From Candidatus Moraniibacteriota bacterium (GTDB lineage Bacteria > Patescibacteriota > Minisyncoccia > Moranbacterales > GCA-2747515), in assembly GCA_023133275.1 (NCBI GenBank), contig JAGLWU010000027.1:1-57370 (forward strand): DNA of 57,370 bases. Reading direction: 5' to 3'. Both the position numbers and the translations under genes were made by a program. The notes below the pieces were generated by a model. It searched no databases, had not been told where the DNA came from, and worked only from the letters and a program-made list of their open reading frames with translations. This document shows positions 1 through 9,356 of this stretch, one piece after another. Within the stretch, counting starts at the first letter, position 1. Each line of letters starts with the position of its first letter.

Positions 1-2
1 AC

Positions 3-158
3 GTCAACACAGAAATTAGAGTGGCTTTTCGAGAGGGATTAGAAAAATCTTTGAAAGAAAATGATTCTATTGCTCCATATAAATATTTGCAATTGCCTAA
101 AGATAGGATTTATCAAGTTGTTTTAGAAAAGATAAAATTATTCGCTAATTTAGATTAG
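3..158 (+). CDS. 3' fragment of a gene running off the window start (C-terminal ~51 aa, hypothetical)
   Basis: Frame 3 is open from the window edge to TAG at 156-158 (…VNTEIRVAFREGLEKSL…KLFANLD*). No recognisable domain. Confidence 0.3.
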   Translation, partial: VNTEIRVAFREGLEKSLKENDSIAPYKYLQLPKDRIYQVVLEKIKLFANLD

Positions 159-287
159 TCAAATTTTTTTAAATATACTTAAAATGACAAAAAATTTTAT
201 TATTGAAATTTTAGCGTAGATTTTTTAGTGTTAAAATTAAGTGATTTTTTAATCTAATTTTAAAATCTAGCTTTGTCTATTTTTTAC

Positions 288-318
288 TTGCACGAGCAGG
301 CAGATTTTGTGTATAATA
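288..318 (+). promoter_or_regulatory. Putative sigma70-type promoter for the 360..1586 gene
   Basis: TTGCAC (288-293), 19-nt spacer, TATAAT (313-318), about 40 nt upstream of the start codon. Confidence 0.35.
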
Positions 319-359
319 AAATTAATAAAATATCTTTTTAATAAATTTATCTATAAATT

Positions 360-1586
360 ATGTTTTTAAAAAAAATTAAAGGAGGGATTGTTTTGACATT
401 GTTTTGTTTCATGTTTTTGACGAATAATGTTTTAGCTCAAGAAGATCCAAGTTCGTCAGCAAAGGAAGTTAATATCTATCTATTTTATAGTGAAACCTGC
501 TCTCATTGTGCAGAGGAAAAAGAATTTCTAAATAAATTAATAGAAGCTGACAATAGAATTAAATTTAATCAATTTGAAGTTACGAAAAATAAAGAAAATG
601 AAAAATTGTTTAAAGAAGTGGCGGATAAATTAAATGTGCCACCTTCTGATATTCTAATTCCATTCACGGTGATTGGGGATAGTTATTTTGTGGGATGGAT
701 AAGTGAGGAGTCGACTGGCAAGCAAATTGAAAAAGTGATTTACAAAGCCTTAGAAGATGGTTGTACTGATATTGTTAAAAATTCATCTGATTTGCAGGAA
801 AGTTGTGAGCAGACAAACGAAAAGCAACAATTTTTAGAAAATATTTCTCTGCCGCTTTTTGGCGAAGTTGATTTTAAAAATGTTTCTCTGCCAGTTCTAA
901 CTTTTATCATCGCTTTTTTAGATGGATTCAATCCTTGTGCGATGTGGACATTGATTTTTTTAATTTCACTACTTTTGGGAATGAAAGACAGGAAAAAAAT
1001 GTGGATTTTAGGTACAGCTTTTATTGCGGCGTCGGCTTTTGTATACTTTTTATTTTTGAGTGCGTGGTTAAATTTATTTATGTTTTTAGGTTTAATAGCA
1101 AGTCTTAGAATATTTATCGGAATAGTGGCTGTTGGAACGGGTGGTTATAACCTAAAAAAATATTTTACGCAACCAGCAGGAGTTTGCAGTGTTACTGGTG
1201 GACAAAAAAGCCAGAAAGTTTTTGAAAAATTGAAAATGTTAATTCAAGAAAAAAGTTTTTTTATTGCTTTGATTGGAATTATTATTTTAGCTTTTGTAGT
1301 TAATTTAGTGGAATTAGTTTGCTCGGCTGGTTTACCTGCAGTGTACATTCAGGTTTTGACACTTAGCGATTTACCGACATATCAATATTATTCTTACATT
1401 ACTTTTTACATTTTGATTTTTATGTTGGACGATTTATTTGTGTTTTTCGTAGCAATGACGACTTTGAAACTTACGGGTGTGAATGCCAAGTATTCTAAGA
1501 TTTCGGAATTGGTTGGTGGAATTATTATGTTGATTATTGGTGTTTTGTTAGTTTTGAGACCAGAGTGGTTGAGTTTCGGGATGTAG
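360..1586 (+). CDS. Membrane thiol:disulfide oxidoreductase. A secreted thioredoxin/glutaredoxin-like domain (CSHC) is fused to a CcdA/DsbD-type transmembrane electron-transfer domain.
   Basis: N-terminal signal peptide, then ETCSHCAEEKEFL (CxxC in a Trx fold). The C-terminal polytopic region carries FLDGFNPCAMW and a second TM Cys (VCSAGLP), as in the DsbD/CcdA family. Confidence 0.55.
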   Translation: MFLKKIKGGIVLTLFCFMFLTNNVLAQEDPSSSAKEVNIYLFYSETCSHCAEEKEFLNKLIEADNRIKFNQFEVTKNKENEKLFKEVADKLNVPPSDILIPFTVIGDSYFVGWISEESTGKQIEKVIYKALEDGCTDIVKNSSDLQESCEQTNEKQQFLENISLPLFGEVDFKNVSLPVLTFIIAFLDGFNPCAMWTLIFLISLLLGMKDRKKMWILGTAFIAASAFVYFLFLSAWLNLFMFLGLIASLRIFIGIVAVGTGGYNLKKYFTQPAGVCSVTGGQKSQKVFEKLKMLIQEKSFFIALIGIIILAFVVNLVELVCSAGLPAVYIQVLTLSDLPTYQYYSYITFYILIFMLDDLFVFFVAMTTLKLTGVNAKYSKISELVGGIIMLIIGVLLVLRPEWLSFGM

Positions 1587-1642
1587 ATTATTGATAGGAC
1601 TTTTTTACAGTAACTACGTATGTGGATATTAACTAAGACTTT

Positions 1643-1690
1643 CTCCTTATACTTTTATTTAAAATGAAAGTATAAGGAGTTTCTTATTTA
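1643..1690 (+). terminator. Rho-independent terminator after the 360..1586 gene
   Basis: Perfect 11-bp stem CTCCTTATACT / AGTATAAGGAG (1643-1653 and 1669-1679) followed by a T-rich tract. Confidence 0.5.
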
Positions 1691-1704
1691 TTCGAGAATT
1701 TTCT

Positions 1705-1733
1705 TTGACTTTTTCCTTAAAAAATGCTATAAT
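1705..1733 (+). promoter_or_regulatory. Consensus sigma70 promoter upstream of radC
   Basis: TTGACT (1705-1710), 17-nt spacer, TATAAT (1728-1733). Confidence 0.55.
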
Positions 1734-1792
1734 ATCATGATGTGAATAGAAAGTAAATCTATTAAATACAGAAACAAAATTACAATTTTTTT

Positions 1793-2518
1793 ATGAATTA
1801 CGCCTTAACTGATAACGACCCAATCATTGACGATCAGAATAGAAATTACATTTTGAAAGTCAAGGATCTGCCCGATAAAGAAAAGCCACGTGAAAAAATG
1901 TTGAGCGGAGGACCAGATCGACTTTCAGTGGCTGAACTTTTAGCAATCGTGCTAAGTGTGGGAACTAGGAAAGAAGAAGCGCTAACTATGTCAACTCGTG
2001 TTCTCAAAGAATACGGAGAAAAAACAGTAGCCAATCAAATAAATCCTTACGCTATTCAAAAAGATCTCGATATTCCGATTACAAAATCATGTCAGATTGT
2101 GGCTTGCTTTGAATTGGGAAGACGTTTTTTTCAGAAAAATGAAAATGGCTTAACAACTGTTCGCACTACTCAAGATGCTTCTGAATATTTGCAGGATATG
2201 GCAAGATTACCTAAAGAACATTTCCGAGGTTTGTATTTAAATAGTCATTTTAAAATTATTCATGATGAAATAATTTCAGTAGGGAGTCTCACTTCCAACA
2301 TTGTTCATCCGAGAGAAGTTTTTAAGCCAGCAATTGAATATTCGGCAGCTGCGGTTATTGTTGCTCATAATCATCCTTCAGGAGATAAAACGCCTTCTGA
2401 TTCAGACATTGCGACAACCAAACAATTAGTTCAAGCTGGACGGATTTTAGGAATTGAATTATTGGATCATATTATAATAACAAAAAACGGTTACACTAGA
2501 ATTCCAAAAATTAGTTAA
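1793..2518 (+). CDS. radC: RadC-family JAB/MPN domain protein
   Basis: C-terminal JAMM motif HNHPSGDKTPSDSDIATTKQL…LDHIII. The N-terminal helix-hairpin-helix-like region is typical of RadC. Confidence 0.85.
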   Translation: MNYALTDNDPIIDDQNRNYILKVKDLPDKEKPREKMLSGGPDRLSVAELLAIVLSVGTRKEEALTMSTRVLKEYGEKTVANQINPYAIQKDLDIPITKSCQIVACFELGRRFFQKNENGLTTVRTTQDASEYLQDMARLPKEHFRGLYLNSHFKIIHDEIISVGSLTSNIVHPREVFKPAIEYSAAAVIVAHNHPSGDKTPSDSDIATTKQLVQAGRILGIELLDHIIITKNGYTRIPKIS

Positions 2519-2623
2519 GTTATTCAAACAGTCAACAAATTTTGTTTGTTGATAGGTTTTTGTTTTTTGTAAAAATTAAAAAATATTTTAAATAAATAAT
2601 TAATTAAAAATTAAAAAAATAAA

Positions 2624-2989
2624 ATGGAAGAAAAACAAGTAAAAATGAAGTATCAAATTAATGATAACCATATAATTAGTCAGGATGTTTCAGATGAGAT
2701 GATAGGTTGTTCAAACTTATTTATTAATGATAGTGAAATAGATAATTCTACGGATAAAAGTTATTATGATAAGAAAAAAAGAGTTAAAGATATGGAGCTT
2801 TGTATTAAATTTGATAATTATTTTGCGACATTGGCGTCCATTTTAAATTTTGTGGTGGAGGCAGAAGGTATGGAAGATTCAAATTTAGGAATTGTTATGA
2901 AAAAAATTGAAAAAGATTTAGGTTATTTACAAGAAAATTATACGATTACTGAAAGAGGTTATAAAGATAATTCAATGAGTATTTTTTAA
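2624..2989 (+). CDS. Hypothetical protein (121 aa)
   Basis: Open reading frame with no recognisable motif. It sits where groES would normally be, but it is not GroES-like. Confidence 0.4.
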   Translation: MEEKQVKMKYQINDNHIISQDVSDEMIGCSNLFINDSEIDNSTDKSYYDKKKRVKDMELCIKFDNYFATLASILNFVVEAEGMEDSNLGIVMKKIEKDLGYLQENYTITERGYKDNSMSIF

Positions 2990-3150
2990 CTTACTTACTG
3001 TTTATGATTTTTAATTAAATACTTATTTTTTAAACGTATAAAATTGTTGTGATTAATTATTGAAGATAGGGAAATTGGTGTTGCGTTATTTTGTTGAATG
3101 TAGTAGAGCTACTCTTGACAAGCCTAATAAATTCTATAAAATATAAAGTA

Positions 3151-3177
3151 TTAGCACTCTCTACGTGAGATTGCTAA
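3151..3177 (+). promoter_or_regulatory. CIRCE inverted repeat (HrcA operator) upstream of groEL
   Basis: TTAGCACTC-N9-GATTGCTAA against the consensus TTAGCACTC-N9-GAGTGCTAA, with one mismatch. It lies 35 nt upstream of the groEL start, downstream of TTGACA at 3115-3120. Confidence 0.75.
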
Positions 3178-3211
3178 TTATGTTAAATAATAATTTTTTT
3201 AAAAAAAGAAT

Positions 3212-4885
3212 ATGGCAAAACAAATAAGTTTTAGTACTGATGCACGAAAAAAGATTGTAATTGGAATAGATGCTGTGTCTAATGCAGTTAAAACAACTAT
3301 TGGTCCAAAAGGTCGAAATGTTGTTTTGGATAAAGGATTTGGCGCTCCAGTTATAACTAATGATGGTGTTACTATCGCTAAAGAAATTGAATTAGAGGAT
3401 AAGTTTGAAAATATTGGGGTAGAATTAATTAAACAAGTAGCCGATAAAACTAATGATGCGGCTGGGGATGGAACGACTACTTCAACTATAATGACGCAAG
3501 CAGTTGTTCGGGCGGGGCTTAAATTTGTAGAAACAGGAATTAATCCTGTAGGAATTCGTAAAGGACTTGAAGCAGCAAAAAATGATGTGGTAAAAATTCT
3601 TCAAAAAAATTCTAAAAAGGTTGAGTCTAAAGAAGAGATGGCACAAGTAGCAACTATTAGTGCTGAAAATAAAGAGCTGGGTAAAATGATTGCTGATGTA
3701 ATGGATAAGGTTGGAAAAGATGGAGTGATTACAGTAGAGGAGTCTCAAACTGTTGGTCTTTCTTATGATATTGTAAAAGGCGTGCAATTTGATAAAGGAT
3801 ATATTTCTCCTTACATGATTACCGATGTGGAATCTCGAAAAGCTGAAATGAAAGATTCTTACATTTTAGTTACTGATAAAAAAATTAGTGTAATCAATGA
3901 CATTTTACCATTGCTAGAAAAAATTACTCAAAGTGGTAAAAAAGAATTAGTTATTATTTGTGAAGATTTAGATGGAGAGGCTTTGGCTACTTTGGTGGTA
4001 AATAAATTACGAGGTGTTTTAAATGTGTTAGCAATTAAAGCTCCTGAATTTGGTGATACTCGAAAAGAAGTTATGGAAGATATTGCTATTGTAACTGGTG
4101 CTACGGTTATTAGTGAAGATAAAGGAATGACTTTAGAAACTGTTGAATTAGAAATGTTAGGCAGTGCAAAAAAAGTTATTTCTACTAATGATGATACAAC
4201 TATTGTTGATGGAAAAGGAAAAAAGAAAAATATTGAAGGTAGAGTTTCTCAAATTTCTCGTCAAGCTCAAGCAAGTGAGTCTGATTACGATAAGGAAAAG
4301 TTACAAAAACGTGTAGCAAAACTTACTGGTGGTGTAGCAGTTATTCGAGCTGGGGCAGCGACTGAAACAGAGATGACTTACGTTAAACATAAATTAGAAG
4401 ATGCATTGGCAGCGACTAAAGCGGCGGTTGAAGAGGGTATTGTGGCTGGTGGTGGAACTGCACTTGCAAAAGCGGTTTCTTCTTTAAAAGTTAATAATCG
4501 AGCAAATAATGAGTTTCGAGCAGGTTATCAGACTTTATTGAATGCGTTGGTTGAGCCTTTGCGACAAATTGTTTTTAATACTGGCGAAAAAGATCCTGCT
4601 GTTGTTTTAAATAATATTATGGAAAGTGAGGGTATGAATTATGGTTACAATGCTCTTGTAAATAAATATGAGGAGGACATGATTAAATCTGGTATTATCG
4701 ATCCTTTGAAGGTTACTCGAACTGCTTTGGAGAATGCGGTTTCAGTGGCTTCTATGGTATTGACTACTGAAGTGGCTATTACTGATAAGCCTTCGGAAAA
4801 AGATGATTCAGCGGCAATAGCTCAGGCTGCAGCTATGACTGGTGGAATGGGTGGCGGTATGCCAGGAATGGGCGGAATGATGTAA
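3212..4885 (+). CDS. groL: Chaperonin GroEL (Cpn60)
   Basis: Full-length 557 aa with the AAVEEGIVAGGG motif and ATP-binding signatures. The C-terminal GGM repeat tail reads MTGGMGGGMPGMGGMM. Confidence 0.95.
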   Translation: MAKQISFSTDARKKIVIGIDAVSNAVKTTIGPKGRNVVLDKGFGAPVITNDGVTIAKEIELEDKFENIGVELIKQVADKTNDAAGDGTTTSTIMTQAVVRAGLKFVETGINPVGIRKGLEAAKNDVVKILQKNSKKVESKEEMAQVATISAENKELGKMIADVMDKVGKDGVITVEESQTVGLSYDIVKGVQFDKGYISPYMITDVESRKAEMKDSYILVTDKKISVINDILPLLEKITQSGKKELVIICEDLDGEALATLVVNKLRGVLNVLAIKAPEFGDTRKEVMEDIAIVTGATVISEDKGMTLETVELEMLGSAKKVISTNDDTTIVDGKGKKKNIEGRVSQISRQAQASESDYDKEKLQKRVAKLTGGVAVIRAGAATETEMTYVKHKLEDALAATKAAVEEGIVAGGGTALAKAVSSLKVNNRANNEFRAGYQTLLNALVEPLRQIVFNTGEKDPAVVLNNIMESEGMNYGYNALVNKYEEDMIKSGIIDPLKVTRTALENAVSVASMVLTTEVAITDKPSEKDDSAAIAQAAAMTGGMGGGMPGMGGMM

Positions 4886-4925
4886 GTTTGATTTTTTTCT
4901 AAATTTTTTTAAAATCTTGAAAATA

Positions 4926-4958
4926 AAAACACTGTCTTTGCGGGCGGTGTTTTTTTAT
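4926..4958 (+). terminator. Rho-independent terminator after groEL
   Basis: AAAACACTG…CGGTGTTTT stem (8 of 9 bp) followed by TTTTTTT. Confidence 0.6.
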
Positions 4959-5037
4959 TGACTTTTTGTACTTTATTTGGTAGTTTTGAAATAGATAGGA
5001 TGTTCTTTTATACAAATAATTTTTAGGAGGTATTGAA

Positions 5038-5757
5038 ATGGGATTTTTACTATCAGAGAAGTTATCTGCTAAAAACGTGAATGAGGCAATTGCTCTGATT
5101 AATCAATTACGGAATGGAAAATTGGTGGAGATAATTAACAAGATTGGAAGATGTGATATCATCATTTTAGATTCGCCAATTAATTATCCTTTTAGACCAG
5201 TGCCAGAGCGATTAGTGGATGAGATAAATGCAATGGGTGAAATCGTTTTAACTAACGGAGCAATTATTGATCCGTCGGTTAGGATAGAGCCACCAGTTGC
5301 TATTTTTCCGAATGCTTGGATTGGCTATAGTTCTTGGATTAGATCTCTCAGTATTATTGGTAGTAACTGTAAAATAGCTAATGTAGAAACAAACCGATCA
5401 GTCATTGGCAACGGAACAATGTGTTCACATGGTGATTATATTGGGTATTCCTATATATCATCTGATTGTCGAATTGGTGGTGGATTCAAATCCACAACAA
5501 CTATTTTTGAAGGAGTTGCAGAGAGACCTAAAAGTATAATTCTTCGATATGGATCTTCTGGTAAATCTATGATGGATATAGAATGTTCTCATTTTGGTTG
5601 CATTTTAGAGTCTTGTGTTTTACTTGGTTGTAATACAACCACTATGCCAGGAACTTACTTGCGTAAAGGTAAATATTTACCAAACTTAAGTCTTGGTGGT
5701 AAGAGACCTGGAAATAGAGCTTTTCATATGGCTCGTACTTTTTTCTCGGAATTATAG
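5038..5757 (+). CDS. Hexapeptide-repeat (left-handed beta-helix) protein, putative acyltransferase-like
   Basis: Strong RBS (AGGAGG, 8 nt upstream). Repeated [LIV]-G-x4 periodicity in IGSNCKIANVETNRSVIGNGTMCSHGDYIGYSYISSDCRIGGG. Composition is atypical for this genome. Confidence 0.4.
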   Translation: MGFLLSEKLSAKNVNEAIALINQLRNGKLVEIINKIGRCDIIILDSPINYPFRPVPERLVDEINAMGEIVLTNGAIIDPSVRIEPPVAIFPNAWIGYSSWIRSLSIIGSNCKIANVETNRSVIGNGTMCSHGDYIGYSYISSDCRIGGGFKSTTTIFEGVAERPKSIILRYGSSGKSMMDIECSHFGCILESCVLLGCNTTTMPGTYLRKGKYLPNLSLGGKRPGNRAFHMARTFFSEL

Positions 5758-5782
5758 AATGAATAAATCTGAATTAATAAAT

Positions 5783-5818
5783 AAAACGCCTATAGTTAAA
5801 AATATAGGCGTTTTTACT
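5783..5818. terminator. Bidirectional terminator between convergent genes
   Basis: Perfect stem ACGCCTATA / TATAGGCGT, flanked by an A-run on one side and a T-run on the other. Confidence 0.6.
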
Positions 5819-5830
5819 TTTTAAATTATA

Positions 5831-6454
5831 TTATTCACAAATTAATCTAATTAATTCAAAAGCTTCAGCAAACTCTCCTCCAATTTGTTTACCTCTTAAA
5901 TTTGCCAAATCTCTGATGATTCCATTTTCAAAGAAAGAATTTTTTCCGTGAGATGGAAATTGTGAAATAATCTCTTCTTTAGCTTCAAAATTTTCTTTAC
6001 TTAATTTTATAAAAGCATCAGGTTTAAAAGAAAAATTATTCCATGGAAATTCATAGCCTAGAATAGTTTTATTTTTAAAAATTCTTAAAGCTTCTTCATG
6101 AACAACTTGATGAGTTTGATGAATGTCATAGCTACTTGGAATGAAAATTATATCGGGATTTATTTTTTTATTTACATCGTAGAAATTTTGTAGTATTTCA
6201 GAACGAACATTATAGAGATCCCGAGTATCATATTCGTAAGATATTAAATTTTCTTTTGGAATTGATAACATTTCTAAGCTTTTGTAAACGCTGTTTTTTA
6301 AAATATCTTCTTTACCTATATTATTTGGAAATGATAAATTTAGGTAATAGATGTTATTTTTTGAACTAAGTTTGTGTAAACTACCAAAACAACCTAATTC
6401 TATGTCATCTAAGTGAGGTGCAATTGCTAGAATTGTTTTATTTTCTATTTTCAT
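5831..6454 (-). CDS. PIG-L/LmbE-family N-acetylglucosaminyl deacetylase
   Basis: N-terminal ILAIAPHLDDIELGCFGS matches the LmbE HxDD metal-binding signature. Confidence 0.65.
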   Translation of the reverse strand: MKIENKTILAIAPHLDDIELGCFGSLHKLSSKNNIYYLNLSFPNNIGKEDILKNSVYKSLEMLSIPKENLISYEYDTRDLYNVRSEILQNFYDVNKKINPDIIFIPSSYDIHQTHQVVHEEALRIFKNKTILGYEFPWNNFSFKPDAFIKLSKENFEAKEEIISQFPSHGKNSFFENGIIRDLANLRGKQIGGEFAEAFELIRLICE

Positions 6455-6472
6455 TATAAGTTTTTTAAAAAA

Positions 6473-7825
6473 TTATCCCTGAATAATCCCCAAAATTTCT
6501 TCTCTTTTTTCTAGCATTAATTTTTCATTATCAGCCTCAAGATTTAATCTCAAAACAGGTTCAGTATTTGATGCACGAACATTGAACCACCAGCGAGAAC
6601 CTTTTTCGTTATTCCAAAAGCTAATTTTAATACCATCTAAATCATTAAATTCACCGTCAGAATATTTTTCTTTTAAAGTTGCAATGATTTGATTTTTGTC
6701 AGAAACTTCATTATTAATTTCGCCACTGTGATAATAACGAATTGCATTATCAGCGATTTCAGAAATTTCTTTTCCAGTTTCTGCCATTAAATTTAATAAA
6801 TAAATTACAGGTAAAGATCCAGCTTCTGCTAAAAAGTTTTCTTGAAAATAGTAATGTCCAGAAAGTTCACCAGCAAAAATTGCATTTTCTTCTCGCATTT
6901 GCTTTTTAATCAAAGCATGACCAACTCGACAAGGTTTTGGCTTACCGCCATTTTCTTCAATAATTTCTTGAACTGACATTGATGATCGTAAATCATAAAG
7001 AATAGTTGCTCCTGAATTTTTTTCTAAAATCATTTTAGAAATTAGAGCGGTGGTGATATCCATTGGGATAATTTCACCTTTTTCATTTACAAAGCCAACT
7101 CGGTCAGCGTCTCCATCGTAAGCAATCCCTAAATCAGCTTTTTCTGCTAAAACTTTTTCTTGTAAATCCTTTAAAGTTTCAGTTTTTAGCGGGTTAGCTT
7201 CGTGATTTGGAAATGAACTGTCAAAATCTTCATACATTGTCACTAATTCGATATTGTCGGAAAATCTTTTGTATATTTCTAATTCCATTATTCCCATGGC
7301 ATTGGCACAATCGACAACAACTTTGAATTTTTTATCGCCTAAATTCATAAAACTTGCAAAATGATTGAAATATTCTTCTTTAATATCTTTTTCGATCATT
7401 TCACCTTTTTGTTCAACTTCTTTAAATTCACCTTTCAAAACAATTTCTTTAACGTCTAACATTCCGCTATTTTCTCCAACTGGCACGGCATTTTTTCGAC
7501 AAAGTTTCATTCCGTTGTATTCTCCGGGATTATGAGAGGCGGTTAAAATTATTCCTCCGTCAACGTCTAATTTTCCGCTGGCGAAATATAACATTGGTGT
7601 TGTTGCTAATCCTAAATCGTAAACATTTGCTCCTGCGTCGGTGATTCCTTTTTTTAATTCTTCGAAAAGTGCTGGGCTGGATTCTCGAATGTCGCAACCG
7701 ATTACTATATTTTTTGCTCCTAAAAATTCTACATAAGCTCGTCCGATTTTATAAGCTGCTTCTTCATTGATTTCTGTTGGGTAAATTCCTCGAATATCGT
7801 AGGCTTTAAATATTTTTGCGTCCAT
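6473..7825 (-). CDS. Phosphoglucomutase/phosphomannomutase (alpha-D-phosphohexomutase)
   Basis: Active-site phosphoserine loop TASHNPGEYNGMK, a metal-binding DGDADR loop and a four-domain length of 450 aa. Forms an operon with the LmbE-like gene (18-bp gap). Confidence 0.8.
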   Translation of the reverse strand: MDAKIFKAYDIRGIYPTEINEEAAYKIGRAYVEFLGAKNIVIGCDIRESSPALFEELKKGITDAGANVYDLGLATTPMLYFASGKLDVDGGIILTASHNPGEYNGMKLCRKNAVPVGENSGMLDVKEIVLKGEFKEVEQKGEMIEKDIKEEYFNHFASFMNLGDKKFKVVVDCANAMGIMELEIYKRFSDNIELVTMYEDFDSSFPNHEANPLKTETLKDLQEKVLAEKADLGIAYDGDADRVGFVNEKGEIIPMDITTALISKMILEKNSGATILYDLRSSMSVQEIIEENGGKPKPCRVGHALIKKQMREENAIFAGELSGHYYFQENFLAEAGSLPVIYLLNLMAETGKEISEIADNAIRYYHSGEINNEVSDKNQIIATLKEKYSDGEFNDLDGIKISFWNNEKGSRWWFNVRASNTEPVLRLNLEADNEKLMLEKREEILGIIQG

Positions 7826-7904
7826 ATTTTTTGATTATTTTATTATTTAATTTTGCACGGCTATATTATAGCACTTTTATTGACTTTTGTGGTAAATTTG
7901 TTTT

Positions 7905-7933
7905 TTGACAGGATTGTTTTAGCGTGTGATAAT
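7905..7933 (+). promoter_or_regulatory. Putative promoter for the 7962 gene, in the region divergent from the PGM gene
   Basis: TTGACA (7905-7910), 17-nt spacer, TG-t-GATAAT extended -10 (7925-7933). Confidence 0.45.
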
Positions 7934-7961
7934 TTAAAGGTAAATATTTAAATAATAAAAT

Positions 7962-8429
7962 ATGAATGATGTATTATGGTTTATTGTTATAGTTGCAGGT
8001 ATTGTTATCTATAACAGATATGAAAAAAATAAAAAGAATCAAAAGGAATTTGATGATTTATGGGTTAATGCTGAAAGATATGCTTATCATGTGAGAAAAC
8101 TTGGAGAAGGTGATTTATATGAAATGATAAATGCAATGGAAAAAGATATAATGCGTTTAAAAGAAAGATATAATCATGATAAGGAAAAACAGAGTCAGAT
8201 TGGTGAAGACTGGATGAAGTATGCTGAATGTCTTAATAGCCTCGTTTCTTCATCGGAGATGTGGCTACATGCTGATGAGGATGACAGAGAAAGGATAGAT
8301 AGGGAAAAAAATGATCTTCATATTACTATTAAAGAGATAGAAAATGATATTTATGATGAATTGGGTGAATCTTCAGAAATAGCATTAACTCATCAAAAGA
8401 TTAAAGAGGGGAGCGAGAGCGAAGAATAA
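7962..8429 (+). CDS. Hypothetical protein with an N-terminal TM anchor
   Basis: N-terminal hydrophobic helix followed by a charged soluble region. Sits 8 bp upstream of mutM. Confidence 0.45.
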   Translation: MNDVLWFIVIVAGIVIYNRYEKNKKNQKEFDDLWVNAERYAYHVRKLGEGDLYEMINAMEKDIMRLKERYNHDKEKQSQIGEDWMKYAECLNSLVSSSEMWLHADEDDRERIDREKNDLHITIKEIENDIYDELGESSEIALTHQKIKEGSESEE

Positions 8430-8436
8430 TAAATAT

Positions 8437-9327
8437 ATGCCAGAATTACCTGAAGTACAAACAGTCGTCAATGACTTAAACAAAAAAATCATCGGTTATA
8501 CAATCGTTGATTTTTGGAGTGATTGGAAAAACGCAATCAAAAATTTAACATTTGTATCTTTTCAAAAAAATATTAAAAATAAAAAAATATTAAATGTTCG
8601 ACGAATTGGAAAAAATATTTTTATCGATTTAAGCGACGGTTGGACTTTATACATTCATTTAAAAATGACTGGGCATTTGTTGATTAAAGATAATAAAAAG
8701 ATAAGTGAAAAAGAACAAGAAAATTTTAGTGAGAGGGTAAATCAATATGTTCATCATATTTGGTTTCTTGATAAAAATAGTAATAAGGATAAAAGTAATT
8801 GTCAGATGAATTTGGAATTTTCTGATTTACGGAAGTTTGCTAAAATTGTTTTAATGAATACAGAGGAAATTGAGAATTTGCCAGAGATTAAAGCTTTGGG
8901 AATTGATGCAATGGATCGGAAATTTAATTTTAAAAAGTTTCAGGAAATTTTGGAAAAGCGTCCAAAAAGTTTGATTGGGATTATTTTGATGAATCAGAAT
9001 TTGATTGCTGGGATTGGGAATATTTATCGGAGTGAGATTTTATTTGAGGCGGGTGTTCATCCGGAAAGAAAGATTGGTGATTTGAATGTTGGAGAGATGA
9101 GGAATATTTTTGATCAAATTAAGATTATTTTGAAAAAGGCGATTCGGATGCGAGGGACGTCGGATAGTGATTATCGAGATACGTCTGGGGGAAGTGGTAG
9201 GTTTCAAAATATTTTAAAAGTTTATCGATTGGATGGTGGGGTTTGTTCGAAATGTGGAAAGGGTGAGATTGAGAGGATTAAGATGGCACAGAGGAGTGTT
9301 TTTTATTGTGGGGAGTGTCAGAAGTAA
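8437..9327 (+). CDS. mutM: Formamidopyrimidine-DNA glycosylase (Fpg/MutM)
   Basis: N-terminus MPELPEV with the catalytic Pro2/Glu3. C-terminal C4 zinc finger CSKCG…16…CGECQK. The middle carries a Lys-rich insertion. Confidence 0.85.
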   Translation: MPELPEVQTVVNDLNKKIIGYTIVDFWSDWKNAIKNLTFVSFQKNIKNKKILNVRRIGKNIFIDLSDGWTLYIHLKMTGHLLIKDNKKISEKEQENFSERVNQYVHHIWFLDKNSNKDKSNCQMNLEFSDLRKFAKIVLMNTEEIENLPEIKALGIDAMDRKFNFKKFQEILEKRPKSLIGIILMNQNLIAGIGNIYRSEILFEAGVHPERKIGDLNVGEMRNIFDQIKIILKKAIRMRGTSDSDYRDTSGGSGRFQNILKVYRLDGGVCSKCGKGEIERIKMAQRSVFYCGECQK

Positions 9328-9356
9328 ATTATTGTATTTTGTAGAGGTATTACATT

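Noticed and set aside
3482-3787. 101-aa minus-strand ORF inside groEL
   Set aside because: Embedded antisense to an unambiguous GroEL. No RBS and no motif.
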